DNA from: an uncultured Alphaproteobacteria bacterium
Lineage (GTDB): Bacteria > Pseudomonadota > Alphaproteobacteria > Sphingomonadales > Sphingomonadaceae
Assembly: GCA_963846645.1 (NCBI GenBank)
Contig: CAWJWR010000009.1
Location: 57,072-121,071, forward strand
Direction: 5' to 3'
DNA length: 64,000 nt
Shown here: positions 32,886 to 46,026 of the stretch, one piece after another
Position numbering within the stretch: the stretch's first letter is position 1
Layout: every line of letters starts with the position of its first letter
Notes under the pieces: model-generated
What the model was told of the DNA's origin: nothing
The model's database searches: none
Seen by the model: only the letters and a program-made list of their open reading frames with translations
Translations under genes and position numbers: made by a program

Positions 32886-33693
32886 GTGAGCATCGACCTG
32901 TTCGAGGTGCGATCGGTCCTGTTCCTGCCGGCGTCGAACCCGCGCGCAATTGCCAAGGCGCGGGAGAGCAAGGCGGATCTGGTCGTGCTCGACCTCGAGG
33001 ATGCGGTGAAGCCGGCGGACAAGGGCGGTGCCCGCGAAGCTGCTGTTGAAGCCGTGACGTCAGATTGGCCGATGCCGGTGGCGATCCGGATCAACGGCGT
33101 CGGCACCGAGTGGCATTCCGTCGATATCGATGCCGTCGCGCGATCCAAAGCGGACGTGGCCGTCTTGCCGAGGGCTGCGTCGGCGCATCTGGCTCGCGAT
33201 GTTCGCGAAGCGATCGGCAAGCCGCTCCTGGCGATGATCGAGACGGCTGCGGGCGTATTGGCCGCCGCCGGCCATTGCGCATGAAGTCGCTGCGCTGATT
33301 GCGGGCACGAACGATCTATCGGCGGACTTGGGGCTTCCGGCGGGTGCAGGGCGCGCCCCGTTGCAGATGGCTTTGCAGACGGTCGTGGTGTCGGCGCGGG
33401 CTGCAGGTGTCGCCTGCTTCGATGGGGTGTTCAACGCCCTGACGGACCTCGAGGCTTTCGCGGCGGAAGCGGCGGAGGGGCGGCGGCTGGGTTTCGATGG
33501 CAAGTCGCTCATCCACCCGGACCAAATCGACCCGTGCAACCGCGCCTTCGGTCCGGACGATGCGGAAATCGAGCGCGCCCGCAGGCTGGTCGATGCCTTT
33601 AGCGGAGGTGCGGAGCGCTTCGAGGACGAGATGATCGAGCGAATGCACGTGGAGGCGGCGCGGCGGACTTTGGAGCGCGCGGGACAGATCTGA
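32886..33693 (+). CDS. HpcH/HpaI aldolase / citrate lyase beta (CitE)-like CoA-ester lyase; apparent frameshift ~33270
   Basis: GTG start after AGGAAA. LFLPASNPRAIAKARESKADLVVLDLEDAV...; C-terminal half (...IAGTNDLSADLG...GFDGKSLIHPDQI) in ORF 33328..33693. Confidence 0.7.
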
Positions 33694-33700
33694 TCCACGG

Positions 33701-34159
33701 ATGCTGAACCAGATCATCCGCGCCGCATCGACGGCGATCCATAAGACGATCGCTCTGGGATGGTTCTTCCGGCGACCGAAGACTTATGGAGCGCACGCTA
33801 TCGCGCTTACGCCCGAACGTCGGCTGATACTCGTCAAGCTCCGGTACGCGCCGGGATGGCGAATGCCCGGAGGCGGGCGGGACCCGGACGAGCCGGCGTC
33901 GGATGCCGCACTTCGTGAACTCCGCGAGGAGATCGGCATGACGTCGCATGGATTGGTCGAGCCTGCGTGCGACCTTGAGGAAGAGGTCGATTTCAAGCGT
34001 GACACTTGCTCACTCGTCATCGTCCGGGACGTCGAATACCGTCCCAAACGGTGGAGCTGGGAAGTGGAGGCAGTTCGAGACGATCCGCTCGACCAATTGC
34101 CGCCAGATCTCGCCGCCCCGGCCCGCCGCTGGCTGAAAGCTGTCGCCGCTCGTCTCTAG
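33701..34159 (+). CDS. NUDIX hydrolase
   Basis: Nudix box GGGRDPDEPASDAALRELREEIG. Confidence 0.75.
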   Translation: MLNQIIRAASTAIHKTIALGWFFRRPKTYGAHAIALTPERRLILVKLRYAPGWRMPGGGRDPDEPASDAALRELREEIGMTSHGLVEPACDLEEEVDFKRDTCSLVIVRDVEYRPKRWSWEVEAVRDDPLDQLPPDLAAPARRWLKAVAARL

Positions 34160-34182
34160 CCGCCCCTTGGCGAATCGGGTGA

Positions 34183-35680
<1,498 letters not shown>

Positions 35681-35683
35681 GTC

Positions 35684-36859
35684 ATGACTCCGGCCGCACG
35701 GGTCCAGGCGGCGATCGAGATCCTGGACGAGGTGATCGCTTCGGCCCGGGACGACGGACCGCCTGCCGACACGATCGTCACACGCTATTTCAAGACGCGG
35801 CGCTACGCGGGTTCGAAGGACAGGCGAGCCGTCCGCGAGCTGGTTTTCCGGGCGATCCGCGCAGTGGCCGAGCGGCCGGTCAGCGGACGGGCGGCCATGC
35901 TTGCTCTGGCGGAAAGCGATGCGACGCTGCTCGACCTGTTCGGCGAGACGCGAGGGCCAGAGGCCTTGGGCGTTAATGAGACGGTGGCTGAGCGGGGGAC
36001 GGTTCCGAGCTGGCTGGGTACGGAATTGTCGCCGCTCGTCGGTCTTGAAGAATGGCCGGCGTTGCTGGAGCGAGCGCCGCTCGACCTGCGTGTCAATGTT
36101 GCGCGGGTCAGCCGCGACGCGATCTTGCCGCAGTTCGAAGGGGCGGAGGCGACGCGACTGAGCCCATGGGGAATTCGCCTGCCATCGGACAGCCGCGTCG
36201 ACGACCATCTGGCGTTCGCTGAGGGTATGATCGAAGTGCAGGACGAAGGCAGCCAGCTCATCGCTCTGGCCTGCTCGCCCCTCGATGGGAGCAAGGTCCT
36301 CGACCTTTGCGCGGGAGCGGGGGGCAAGTCCTTGGCCTTGGCCTCTGCAGCGCCGGACGCGGAAATTCTTGCCACCGACAGCAACCGCGCTCGCCTGTCC
36401 AAGCTTGGGCCAAGGGCGGAGAGGGCAAGGGCTCTAATCGCGGTTCGGCTCCTGAACCCACCTCATGAACTCGAGGAATTGTCCGACGTGCGAGGGCAGG
36501 CGGATGTCGTGCTCGTGGATGCTCCGTGCTCCGGAAGCGGCACCTGGCGGCGCAATCCCGAAGGGCGCTGGCGCCTGACGCCGGAACGTCTCGACCGGGT
36601 CGTAGCACTTCAGTCGCGGCTGCTCGACCTGGCGGCGGAGCTCGTTCGGCCGGGCGGTCGCATCGTCTATGCGGTCTGCTCGCTTCTGTCCCGCGAAGGT
36701 GCAGGCCAGATACAGGACTTCCTAAGCCGCCGTTCATCGTGGATTGTGGAGGAAACGCCTATCGCCGCCGGGCGTTTGGATCACGTCGGAAAGCTTCTGA
36801 CGCCAGGTCACGACGGTACCGACGGCTTTTTCGTCGCACGGCTGGTTCGCCCATGTTAG
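35684..36859 (+). CDS. rsmB: RsmB/NOP-family class I SAM-dependent RNA (m5C) methyltransferase
   Basis: VLDLCAGAGGKS, DAPCSGSGTWRRNPE and CSL motifs. Confidence 0.8.
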   Translation: MTPAARVQAAIEILDEVIASARDDGPPADTIVTRYFKTRRYAGSKDRRAVRELVFRAIRAVAERPVSGRAAMLALAESDATLLDLFGETRGPEALGVNETVAERGTVPSWLGTELSPLVGLEEWPALLERAPLDLRVNVARVSRDAILPQFEGAEATRLSPWGIRLPSDSRVDDHLAFAEGMIEVQDEGSQLIALACSPLDGSKVLDLCAGAGGKSLALASAAPDAEILATDSNRARLSKLGPRAERARALIAVRLLNPPHELEELSDVRGQADVVLVDAPCSGSGTWRRNPEGRWRLTPERLDRVVALQSRLLDLAAELVRPGGRIVYAVCSLLSREGAGQIQDFLSRRSSWIVEETPIAAGRLDHVGKLLTPGHDGTDGFFVARLVRPC

Positions 36860-36884
36860 AACCTCCGGGCTCGAGGAGATGAGA

Positions 36885-37379
36885 ATGCGCTTACTGTCTT
36901 CTGTTCTGATTGCCGGTGTCTCGGCGGCCCTGCTTACGACGTCCGCAGTCGGCCAACGGCCTGACGACCAGCTTGCACCCCGTTCGGTCGAGCTTTTGAA
37001 GCAGGGCAATGCGCATCTCGCCGCGGGCCGGTTCGTCGAAGCAGACGAGACGCTCGAAACGGCCCTGGCCGTCGATCCGCGCAACCGGGCGGCCTACAAT
37101 TCGCTCGCTCGCGTGGCTCAGCGGCAGAAATTGTTCGGCCAGTCGATCCGATTCACGAAGAAGGCTCTCCTGCTCGAACCCAACGACCGCGACGCGATCG
37201 CCATCCAGGGCGAAGCGATGGTCGAGCTTGGCGCGGTGGCCCGCGCGAAGGAAAATCTGGCCAAGCTGCAAAAGCTTTGCCCTAACGGGTGCACCCAGCT
37301 CGCTGAACTGTCGGCGACGATTACGCGCGGACCGACCGTGGCGTCGGCGACCCCGCCGGTAACGCCGAAGAGCAATTAA
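36885..37379 (+). CDS. secreted TPR-repeat protein
   Basis: Signal peptide MRLLSSVLIAGVSAALLTTSAVG, then TPR-like helices and a C-terminal Cys pair (CPNGC). Confidence 0.55.
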   Translation: MRLLSSVLIAGVSAALLTTSAVGQRPDDQLAPRSVELLKQGNAHLAAGRFVEADETLETALAVDPRNRAAYNSLARVAQRQKLFGQSIRFTKKALLLEPNDRDAIAIQGEAMVELGAVARAKENLAKLQKLCPNGCTQLAELSATITRGPTVASATPPVTPKSN

Positions 37380-38209
37380 GCGGACGCGCGGGCGCCAAGC
37401 TCGCGGGCCAGTTGCACGAACTCGTCGACGCTGACGGTCTCGGCGCGTCGCGAGCTATCGATTCCGAGCCTTTCCAATGCATCCAGGGCACCCGGAAGAT
37501 CCTTGACGCTCGATCGCAGCATCTTGCGGCGCTGCCCGAACGCGGCCTCGGTGAGCTTTTCGAGAATGGCCGGGTTCACGCCCTCCGGCATCGGCTTGGG
37601 GACGATGTGCACGACGGCCGACATCACTTTCGGCGGTGGCACGAAGGCCGAGCGGTGAACGCCAAGAACGATCTTCGCGTTAGCACGCCATTGGGCAAGG
37701 ATGGATAGCCGGCCGTAATCCTTGCTGCCCGGTGCGGCGACGATTCGGTCGGCCACCTCGCGCTGGAACATCAGGGTCAGCGATCGCCACCAGGGCGGCC
37801 ACGGTCCGCTCATCCAGCGCAGCAGCAGTGCTGTTCCGACATTGTACGGCAGGTTGGAGACGATGTGCGCACCATCTCCCGCTTCGCGGCGCTCGTCGAT
37901 GGTCAGGGCGTCCGCGTCGATCACATGCAGCTTGCCTGGGTAGGCCGCTTTCAGTTCAGCCAAAGCGGGCATGCAGCGGCGATCGCGTTCCACTGCGACG
38001 ACGGATGCGCCAGCTTCGAGCATGGCGTGGGTGAGCCCACCTGGACCGGGACCGACTTCGTAGGCCGTCTGGCCCTCCAGCGGTCCCGGAATCGCGGCGA
38101 TCTTTGCGAGCAATTGCCGGTCGAGGATGAAATTCTGGCCCAGCGCCTTGCTTGCCTGGAGCCCGTGCCGCGAAATGATATCCCGCAGCGGCTCCGGCGG
38201 AGACGTCAC
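37376..38209 (-). CDS. rsmA: 16S rRNA (adenine1518/1519-N6)-dimethyltransferase
   Basis: GQNFL, VYEVGPGPGGLT, SNLPYN. GTG start overlaps the pdxA stop. Conserved lptD-surA-pdxA-ksgA order. Confidence 0.85.
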   Translation of the reverse strand: MTSPPEPLRDIISRHGLQASKALGQNFILDRQLLAKIAAIPGPLEGQTAYEVGPGPGGLTHAMLEAGASVVAVERDRRCMPALAELKAAYPGKLHVIDADALTIDERREAGDGAHIVSNLPYNVGTALLLRWMSGPWPPWWRSLTLMFQREVADRIVAAPGSKDYGRLSILAQWRANAKIVLGVHRSAFVPPPKVMSAVVHIVPKPMPEGVNPAILEKLTEAAFGQRRKMLRSSVKDLPGALDALERLGIDSSRRAETVSVDEFVQLARELGARASA

Positions 38210-39213
38210 TCCGCCATTTCCCGGTTGGCAGCGCAGAAGGCGGCCATCCGGATCGCCGATGCCATCGGACGAGGGTCCGCGATGTCCTGTCCGGCGATGT
38301 CGAAGGCGGTGCCATGATCGGGAGCGGTGCGCACGATCGGCAGGCCGAGCGTGATGTTGACCCCATCCTCGAAATGCAGCGCCTTCAGGGGAATGAGCGC
38401 CTGGTCGTGATACATGCAAAGGGCCGCATCGTAGCGAGCGCGCGCCGCAGCGTTGAACATGGAATCCGCCGGGTGAGGGCCGGTAACACGCCAGCCTTCG
38501 GCACGAAGCGCGGCGATCGCCGGCTCGATCAACTCAGACTCTTCGTTTCCCAGGCGTCCGCCTTCGCCCGCATGGGGATTGAGCGCCGAAATGGCGAGCG
38601 TGGGATCGGCAATCCCGAAGTTGCGCTGCAAGCCGCGCAGGGTAGTTCGCCCGCGCGCTTCGATCAGGGCTGCGGACAGATGGCCCGAAACGTCGGCAAA
38701 TGGGACATGCGTAGTCACGGGAACCGTCCGCAGGCTCGGGCCGGCAAGCATCATCGCGACGTTGCCGTGCGAAACGCCGCAGCGTTCGGCAACGAACTCG
38801 GTCTGGCCGGGGTGCGTGAAGCCGATCGAGTAGAGTTGCTCCTTGGAAACCGGTCCAGTGACTATGGCCGCCGCCGACCCCGATCGGGTGAGGCCAACGC
38901 CGATCTCGAGCGAGTCCAGGGAGCAATGGGCACCTCCGACTGATGGCCGCCCGGGAGTATCCCCTTCGGCAGAAGCGATCTGAATGATCGGCAGTGCGTA
39001 GTCGAAGACGGAGTCGACTTGTCGAGGATCGTCGATCGCCTCGATCGGACCATCCCATACCAACGCAATGGCGCGCGGGTCTCCGATGGCCGCGAACGGC
39101 GGCAAATCGAAATCTGCGCGGCGGTCCCAGCATTTGGCGACGACTTCCGGACCGATTCCGGCCGGATCGCCAAGCGAGACTGCCAGCGGTCGAGATGGAA
39201 GCTGAACCATCAA
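38206..39213 (-). CDS. pdxA: 4-hydroxythreonine-4-phosphate dehydrogenase
   Basis: Full-length PdxA-like sequence (LAVSLGDPAGIGPE...NPHAGEGG...CMYHDQALIP). Confidence 0.9.
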   Translation of the reverse strand: MMVQLPSRPLAVSLGDPAGIGPEVVAKCWDRRADFDLPPFAAIGDPRAIALVWDGPIEAIDDPRQVDSVFDYALPIIQIASAEGDTPGRPSVGGAHCSLDSLEIGVGLTRSGSAAAIVTGPVSKEQLYSIGFTHPGQTEFVAERCGVSHGNVAMMLAGPSLRTVPVTTHVPFADVSGHLSAALIEARGRTTLRGLQRNFGIADPTLAISALNPHAGEGGRLGNEESELIEPAIAALRAEGWRVTGPHPADSMFNAAARARYDAALCMYHDQALIPLKALHFEDGVNITLGLPIVRTAPDHGTAFDIAGQDIADPRPMASAIRMAAFCAANREMAE

Positions 39214-39235
39214 CCCCGCCTGATGAGCGTCGAAC

Positions 39236-40624
39236 TTACCGGAATTCGATTACCGCATCGCGCCTGAGGTCACGAAGGTAACGGCGGGCACGGGTATTCA
39301 CCCGCTCTTCGCTGAGCTGGCTGAAGACCTGGTCGAACGTCGGAGCGGTCGGATCCGATTCGTCGCGGCCGCAAATCACGAGCGTACGAACGCCTTCGTC
39401 GATCGAGCCGAAGGGACGGGTGGCCTGACCGACCTGCAGCGGAAGCATGATTTCCTGGAGCGCAGGCGGCAATTCCCGCAGGCGGATCTGATCGCTCTGC
39501 ACGACTTCGCCGTTGAATTCGGCTGCGATGCGCTCGGCCCCGCCGCAACCGCCGACATTCTGGGAAGCCTGCGCGAACCGGGCGACCGTCGCTTCCGCTT
39601 GTGCCCGGTTGGTTCCGGCCGGGAAAGCGATGGAAACCTGCTTCAGGCTGAGGACGGCATTGCGCGGATCGGCCATCAGGATCTTGCGCGCATCTTGGAC
39701 TGCGAGGATCGAGACGCCGCCGGGAACCGCGATCGGAGCGCTGATCTGGCCCGGGCCCATGGACCGCAACACGGAGCCGAGCTGGTCCGGCAGCTGCTCC
39801 GGGCGAACCCAGCCAAGGTCGCCGCCGACCGCCGCCGTCGAGGCTTCGGAATATTGGCGCGCATAACCTGCGAAGGAAGCGCCCTGGCGAAGCTGGGCGA
39901 TGATCTGGTTGGCGTTGGCCATCTTTTGCGGAACGCTATCGCTGGTTGCCGACAGGAAGATCTCGCCAACGCGATATTCCTGCGTGCCCTTCGAAGCGTT
40001 CATGCGATCGAGGACCGCCTTCACTTCATCGTCGCCGACGGACACGGAGTTCTCAATCTTCTGCTGCTGCAGGCGCCGCCATGCGGTCTCGCCCTGCACC
40101 TGACGACGGAGCGAGCGGATCGAGGAGCCGTTGGCCTTCAAGTAATCGGTGAGCTGTGCGGGATTCATCTTCACGCCTTCAGCGACGCGCACGATGGTCC
40201 TGTCGATATCCTTGTCGGTGACCTCGATTTCGGCAGTCTTGGCCGCCTGGATTTGCAGGGTTTCGTCGATCAGATTCCGCAGCACCTGCTGGCGCAACTG
40301 TTCCACCTGATCGGCGGGCAAATTGCCTTCGTTCGCAATGGCCAGCAGCGCTAGCCTCTGCTCAATGTCAGTCTGGGTGATGACCTCACCATTCACGATC
40401 GCCGTGGCCTTCACCACCGAGGGCATTGCCTGTCCGAAGATCTGCGGATTGTCGGGCAGCTTAAGCGCGCTCGCGCTGCCGCCGGTGGGCGGAGTTGGTT
40501 CGGCCGCATTCTGCGCTGCCGCTCCGGTCGCCACAGCCAGCACGAGTGCGGCCGTTGCAAGTCGAAGGCGCGCCGGAAAGAAGTCGAATGCTGCTGGCAC
40601 TTCCGAAAATCCCTTGTTGTTCAA
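39236..40624 (-). CDS. surA: periplasmic chaperone/peptidyl-prolyl isomerase SurA
   Basis: Signal peptide, SurA N-terminal chaperone domain and parvulin PPIase domain. Lies between lptD and pdxA. Confidence 0.85.
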   Translation of the reverse strand: MNNKGFSEVPAAFDFFPARLRLATAALVLAVATGAAAQNAAEPTPPTGGSASALKLPDNPQIFGQAMPSVVKATAIVNGEVITQTDIEQRLALLAIANEGNLPADQVEQLRQQVLRNLIDETLQIQAAKTAEIEVTDKDIDRTIVRVAEGVKMNPAQLTDYLKANGSSIRSLRRQVQGETAWRRLQQQKIENSVSVGDDEVKAVLDRMNASKGTQEYRVGEIFLSATSDSVPQKMANANQIIAQLRQGASFAGYARQYSEASTAAVGGDLGWVRPEQLPDQLGSVLRSMGPGQISAPIAVPGGVSILAVQDARKILMADPRNAVLSLKQVSIAFPAGTNRAQAEATVARFAQASQNVGGCGGAERIAAEFNGEVVQSDQIRLRELPPALQEIMLPLQVGQATRPFGSIDEGVRTLVICGRDESDPTAPTFDQVFSQLSEERVNTRARRYLRDLRRDAVIEFR

Positions 40625-40669
40625 CCGAATGAGCGGATCGGCGTATATTCAGCCCCGCTGAACGCAGGC

Positions 40670-42914
40670 TTAGCGGCCGATACCCTTGAGCGATAGCCGG
40701 AACGAGAAGGTGCTGCCTTCGTCAAAACCGCCAATCCTTTCATAGTCCCGTCGCCACGAGACGCCAAGTGCAATGCACTCATCCTCGTAATCGATGCTGA
40801 GGCGGTGGCGGACGGATTCGAACCCGTCCGATACAGACAATGGGTCCTCATCTTGCCCGGTCAGGTCCAGAACCGTCGAGCCGAAGATCGACCAGTGCTT
40901 GGCGAACTTGATGCGGGCGGCCGCGCGCAATTCTTCCTTGTCGCGAAGGTCCTCGACCGCTTCGTCAATGCCGCGGTTGAGGCGGAGATAGCCGATCTGG
41001 GCGTAGGTTTCGTCGCTGCCGACCGTCAGGTCGACCTCGTTCCGCCGAACGGCGAGATTGTCCTTGTCGACGCGATAGCGGTGCGTGAGGTCGATGAAGC
41101 GGCCGTAGCGGACCCGGGTTCGCCCGACGATGTCGGAGACGCGTCCCGAAAGACCGGTGCCCTCCGGGAAAATCTCGCCCTTCTTGCTGATCCGGTAGCT
41201 CTGACCGATCGTCGACATGATCGACAGGTTCGGACGGTCGTACGTCCAGTCCAGGCCATAGGTGACGCGCGATCCGTCTTCCCACCGGTCATAGCCCGGG
41301 AAGCGGTTCAGTGCGAACAGGTTGCTGTCCTCGAGATCGACGGACCGCGCGTCCTCGTTGGGAATGTCGAGATTCGGCGTCGGGGGAGTGAGGACTATTT
41401 GGACGCGCGGAGCGAGCCGCTGGGTCCCTCCGAAAAGGGGTCCGATGAACGGCCATCGAAGGTCGGCGGCGAGTGCTCCGATCGCTCGCGTATGCCAGCC
41501 GTCCTCACCGCGATAGAGCGGGACTTCGGTGCTTGCCGAATTGTTGGTGTGATAGACGTCGCCGCGCGCATAGCCGGTAAGGGTCAGTTCCTGGCCCCAG
41601 TCGGTTAGCTTCCGGATGTCCCATTTGGCGCTTGCAAAAGCGCGTCGCGTGTCCTGCCCCTCGAGCCGGAGGATCGCGAGACTGTTCGCCTGCAACTCCA
41701 GCGTGCCGCCGAGCATGGGCGGATCGATCCTGAACCGTGCGTCGATTGCGGGCAACGCGATCGGCATCTGCTTCTGGACGTCGTTGACCCGCAAGCCCCT
41801 CGAATGCCCAGCCGGCGATCGAGATGTAGCTGTTGGGGCTGATCCGCTCGACGTTGATCGAGCTGCGCAGGCGGTCGTCCTGCGTGATGTCGTAGCGGCG
41901 AGCGACGGTCTTGTCGGAAGCGATGCGAGTGAAGCCGGTGATGCTCCACAATGGATCGATCTGCGCCTTCCCGTTGGCCTCGAAGTAGGCGCGGATGCCT
42001 TTCTCGCCGGTTTCTTCCGGCTCCCCGAGTTCGGTCAGGCGTTCGATGCGGCCGTAAGTCAGGAGACCGCCGAACTGGAAGGCCCCGACGCGGTTCAGTT
42101 CTCGGTACCTGGCTTCGAGGGCGGGGCGCAGTTCCGTGTAGAAATGCGGTGTGATCGTCAGGTCCCGGTTGGGTCCGAGCCGGCGGTAATAGGGCAGCGC
42201 AACCTCGAAACCGCGACTGCCCGAGATGCTGAATTCCGGAACCAGGACGCCGCTGATGCCGCCTGCTTCGCCGCCGGTCGCCACGCTGAAGATCGGCAGG
42301 AGCGGCAGGGTGACCCCAAAGATCCGCATCCGTCCGCCGCGAAAGCGGACTCGCTGTGCGTTTGGATCGTAGGTGACTTGGGCAGCCGTGATGGACCAGC
42401 TGGGGTTGCGCGGGCAGCCGGTTTCGGTCGTGACGGGACACGGCGAGTAGACGGCGTTCTCAAGTGTCGTAAGGTCGCCCGCGCGCTGGCCGCGCTGCGC
42501 AGCGATGCGTCCGCCGCTCTCAAGGACGATCAGCAAATTGTCGACCGTTCCGTCACGCAGGGTGTCCGCCAGCACGACATTGTCGCCGATGAACTTGTCC
42601 CCCTGCGGGCTCATCACGACGACGTTGCCCTTGGCGCGTACCTCGCCCGTGTTCCTATTCCAGACGACCTCGTCCGCCGCGACGTGATTGCCGTCGCGCT
42701 GCAGGCGGACTGCGCCAGAAGCGGTTACGATGTCCGACTGGCTGTCGTAGGTAACCTGGCCCGCGCTGAACTCGATGAACTCTTCGGTCCCTGGAGCGAT
42801 CGGGCCGATGACCGCAGGAGCGGGCGTTTCGGGAGGCGGGGGGGTCTGTGCTCGTGCGGTCGCGGGAGCAAGCGCGAGCGGGAGAGCGGTCCACCAGACT
42901 AGTCTCTTACGCAA
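40670..42914 (-). CDS. lptD: LPS-assembly protein LptD; apparent frameshift ~41790
   Basis: Signal peptide MRKRLVWWTALPLALAPATARA and N-terminal OstA-like jellyroll (ORF 41505..42914). C-terminal beta-barrel (ORF 40670..41794). Confidence 0.85.
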
Positions 42915-43072
42915 AAGTCGGTCCCGCAGCTCATCCGGTTCAAGATGGCGAGCCTATTGCACCTTGGCCGTAAGTCCACAATCCGCTGCGCAAGCAGGGC
43001 TTTGCTATTGCGGCAGGTGGGTCTTAAGAGACGCCCGCACCCGCCAGAACGACGCTATTTCAGGATTTCTCC

Positions 43073-44609
43073 TTGATGCAGATTTCTTTTGCCGACACCC
43101 GCCCCACAGGGGATTTCGCGCTCGTGCTTCCCGTCGCCGGCAAGAACCGGATAGCACTGGATAGTCTGGGCGGAGACCGGACTTCGGTGGAGGCGGCTCT
43201 CAACCGGCAGCGGTTCGAAGGCGATGCCGGCAGCATGCGCGGAGCTTTACGTATCGGCCGAGAGCGGAGTGCGTCGGCTGCTGGTCGTGGGAACCGGGGA
43301 TGGAAAGGATACCACCGATACGGCCGAGAAGCTTGGCGGAGCGACTTCGGCCCGGTTGCTCACGTCAGGTGAGAAGCATGCGGTGCTCGACATCAGCGGT
43401 CTGAAATATGACGCGGATGCCGCGGCCCGTGTTGCCCTCGCGGCCGCACTCCGGACCTGGCGCTACGACCGTTATCGGACCCGTCTCAAGGACAAGCAGA
43501 AGCCGACGCTGGAGCAGCTGACGATCGTCGGAGCGCCAGCCGAAGCGGCGAGCCTGTGGGAGAAGCGTTGGCAGCCTGTTTATGAGGGCGTCTGCTTCAC
43601 TCGTGAGTTGGTGACCGAGCCGGCGAACATCATCTACCCCGAAACTTTCGTCGATCGCGTTCGCGCGGCCGTGTCGGGTACCGGGCTGGAAATCGAAACG
43701 CTGGATGGCGAAGCGATGCGCAAGCTCGGCATGGGCGCGCTGTTGGGCGTTGCTCAGGGCTCGGTACGCGATCCGCGGCTTCTTATCCTGCGCTGGAATG
43801 GCGGGAACAAGGGCGAGGCCCCTGTGGCATTCGTCGGCAAGGGCGTGACCTTCGATACCGGCGGCATTTCGATCAAGCCCGCCGCCGGCATGGAAGCGAT
43901 GAAATGGGACATGGGTGGAGCGGGGGCCGTCGCCGGCGCAATGCTCGCCCTCGCCAAGCGCAAGGCCAAGGCGAATATCGTCGCGGTCTGTGGACTCGTC
44001 GAGAACATGCCGGACGGCAATGCCCAGCGGCCTGGTGACGTGGTCACCAGCATGTCCGGCCAGACCATCGAGGTGATCAACACCGATGCCGAAGGCCGGC
44101 TCGTGCTCGCGGACGCGATCACCTACGTGCAGCGAAATTACAAGCCGACGATCATCGTCGACCTGGCGACGCTGACCGGCGCGATCCTCATCAGCCTCGG
44201 CCATGAATATGGCGGTCTTTTCAGCACCGACGACGATCTCGCAAACCAGCTTCTCGGCGCCGGTCAGGCTTCGGGCGACAAATTGTGGCGCCAGCCGATG
44301 GCTGATTCGTTCGACAAGCTGATTGATTCGCCCATCGCCGACATGAAGAACGTCGGCCCGCGTGAGGGCGGTTCGATTACGGCGGCGCAGTTCATCGCCC
44401 GCTTCGTCGAGACTGGCACGCGCTGGGCGCACCTCGACATCGCCGGCATGGCCTGGTCCGACAAGCCGAGCAGCACCTACGACAAGGGTGCGACCGGTTA
44501 CGGAGTTCGCCTCATCGACCGCTTCGTCGAAGCGTCGGTGGAGTCGACGCTGACGCCTGAATGCAGGTCGATTTCTACCAGCTCGGCCGAACGTCGCTCG
44601 AGCAGGTAA
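43073..44609 (+). CDS. pepA: leucyl aminopeptidase (M17); apparent frameshift ~43240; exact 3' end uncertain
   Basis: N-terminal domain in ORF 43073..43372. Catalytic domain (VGKGVTFDTGGISIKP...NTDAEGRLVLADA) in ORF 43224..44609. Confidence 0.85.
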
Positions 44610-45002
44610 TCGCGAGCATTGCCGCAAAGGCTGTTGGCCGATGGCAAGCGGCTGCTGATCGTCGCGGCCGATGAAGGATTGCTTGGGCGCCTGGATCGAA
44701 TGCTGTGGGACCAGGGAGCGACCAGCTTCCTGCCGCACAGCCCCAGCGGCGGAACGGACGATGCGCGGCAGCCGATCCTGCTCGCAGCATCGACGGATGC
44801 GCCGAACCTCGCGCGAAATATCCTGATCGCCGACGGCGAGTGGCGCGAGGCCGCGCTCAAATACGATCGCGCATTCTATCTGTTCGACGCGTCGAGCCTC
44901 GAAGGCGCTCGGCTCGCGTGGAAGCTACTTGCCGGGCGCGACGGCGTCGAGCGCCGCTATTGGGCCCAGGACGATCGCGGCAAGTGGGTCGAGAAAGGCT
45001 AG
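44561..45002 (+). CDS. holC: DNA polymerase III chi subunit; apparent frameshift ~44620
   Basis: ATG MQVDFYQLGRTSLEQVIASIAAK (chi N-terminus) shifts into ORF 44619..45002 (LLADGKRLLIVAADEGLLGRLDRMLW). Confidence 0.7.
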
Positions 45003-45077
45003 GCTTGCCGCCGTGGCCCGGCGCGGCTAGGCGCTGCGGCCAATCCCAATCCCGTTCAAACAGGAGACCGCACGGCC

Positions 45078-45500
45078 ATGGCCGCTACGCGCACCTTTTC
45101 GATCATCAAGCCCGACGCCACCCGCCGCAACCTGACCGGCGCCGTCACCAAGAAGCTGGAAGACGCCGGCCTGCGGGTCGTCGCCTCGAAGCGTATCCAT
45201 ATGACTCGCGAGCAGGCCGAAGGCTTCTACGGCGTCCATCGCGAGCGTCCGTTCTTCAATGACCTCTGCGACTTCATGACGTCAGGCCCGGTCGTGGTTC
45301 AGGTTCTCGAGGGTGAGAACGCCGTTCTGCGCAACCGCGAAGTGATGGGCGCGACCAACCCCGCCAATGCCGACGAGGGCACGATTCGCAAGGAGTTCGC
45401 CGAATTGATCGAAGCCAATTCGGTCCACGGTTCGGACAGCGACGAGAATGCGAAGATCGAAATCGACTTCTTCTTTAAGCCCGAAGAGATCGTCGGCTAA
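45078..45500 (+). CDS. ndk: nucleoside-diphosphate kinase
   Basis: RTFSIIKPD, active-site NSVHGSD; 140 aa. Confidence 0.95.
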   Translation: MAATRTFSIIKPDATRRNLTGAVTKKLEDAGLRVVASKRIHMTREQAEGFYGVHRERPFFNDLCDFMTSGPVVVQVLEGENAVLRNREVMGATNPANADEGTIRKEFAELIEANSVHGSDSDENAKIEIDFFFKPEEIVG

Positions 45501-45504
45501 GCCC

Positions 45505-46026
45505 TTAGCCCCTCGTAAATCCGCTGAAGCGAAGCGAGCGGCCGCCGAGCAGGCCGCCACCTTCCCAGCGATAGCTGATCACGTAGGAGCCGGTGGCCGA
45601 CTTGTCGGCGCCGGCTTCGACATATTTGGACGCGATGCGGACGCGGACGCGATGCGCTCCGTCGCCTTCGGCTGCCTTGTCTCCAAGCGCGGTCTCCAAG
45701 TCGCTGGCCTTAAGTTGGCCGTCGCTGCCGGCTTCGATGGCGGCGGCTCCGGCGACGGTTACGTCGAGCGATTGGAGGGCGTGGCTGTCCTCGACGGGCG
45801 TGATCGTCAGCACTCGCCCGTCGTTTTCCGTCTTGCCGCGCAGGGCGAGGGGGACAGCTTGCCTTTTCTCGACGACTTCCGTCGGGCCATTGTCATCACC
45901 TGACGTCCGCCAACTCAGCCACAGGCCGGCCGCCGAGATGATCAACGCGGCGATCGCGATGGCCTCGCCCAGCGTGACCCAGCGGAGCCGCGCTTTCCTC
46001 TGTGCTTCGGTTTCCTGTTCTTTCAT
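45505..46026 (-). CDS. hypothetical single-pass membrane protein
   Basis: Internal ATG (MKEQETEAQRKARLRW) followed by TM helix VTLGEAIAIAALIISAAGLWL. No domain recognised. Confidence 0.45.
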   Translation of the reverse strand: MKEQETEAQRKARLRWVTLGEAIAIAALIISAAGLWLSWRTSGDDNGPTEVVEKRQAVPLALRGKTENDGRVLTITPVEDSHALQSLDVTVAGAAAIEAGSDGQLKASDLETALGDKAAEGDGAHRVRVRIASKYVEAGADKSATGSYVISYRWEGGGLLGGRSLRFSGFTRG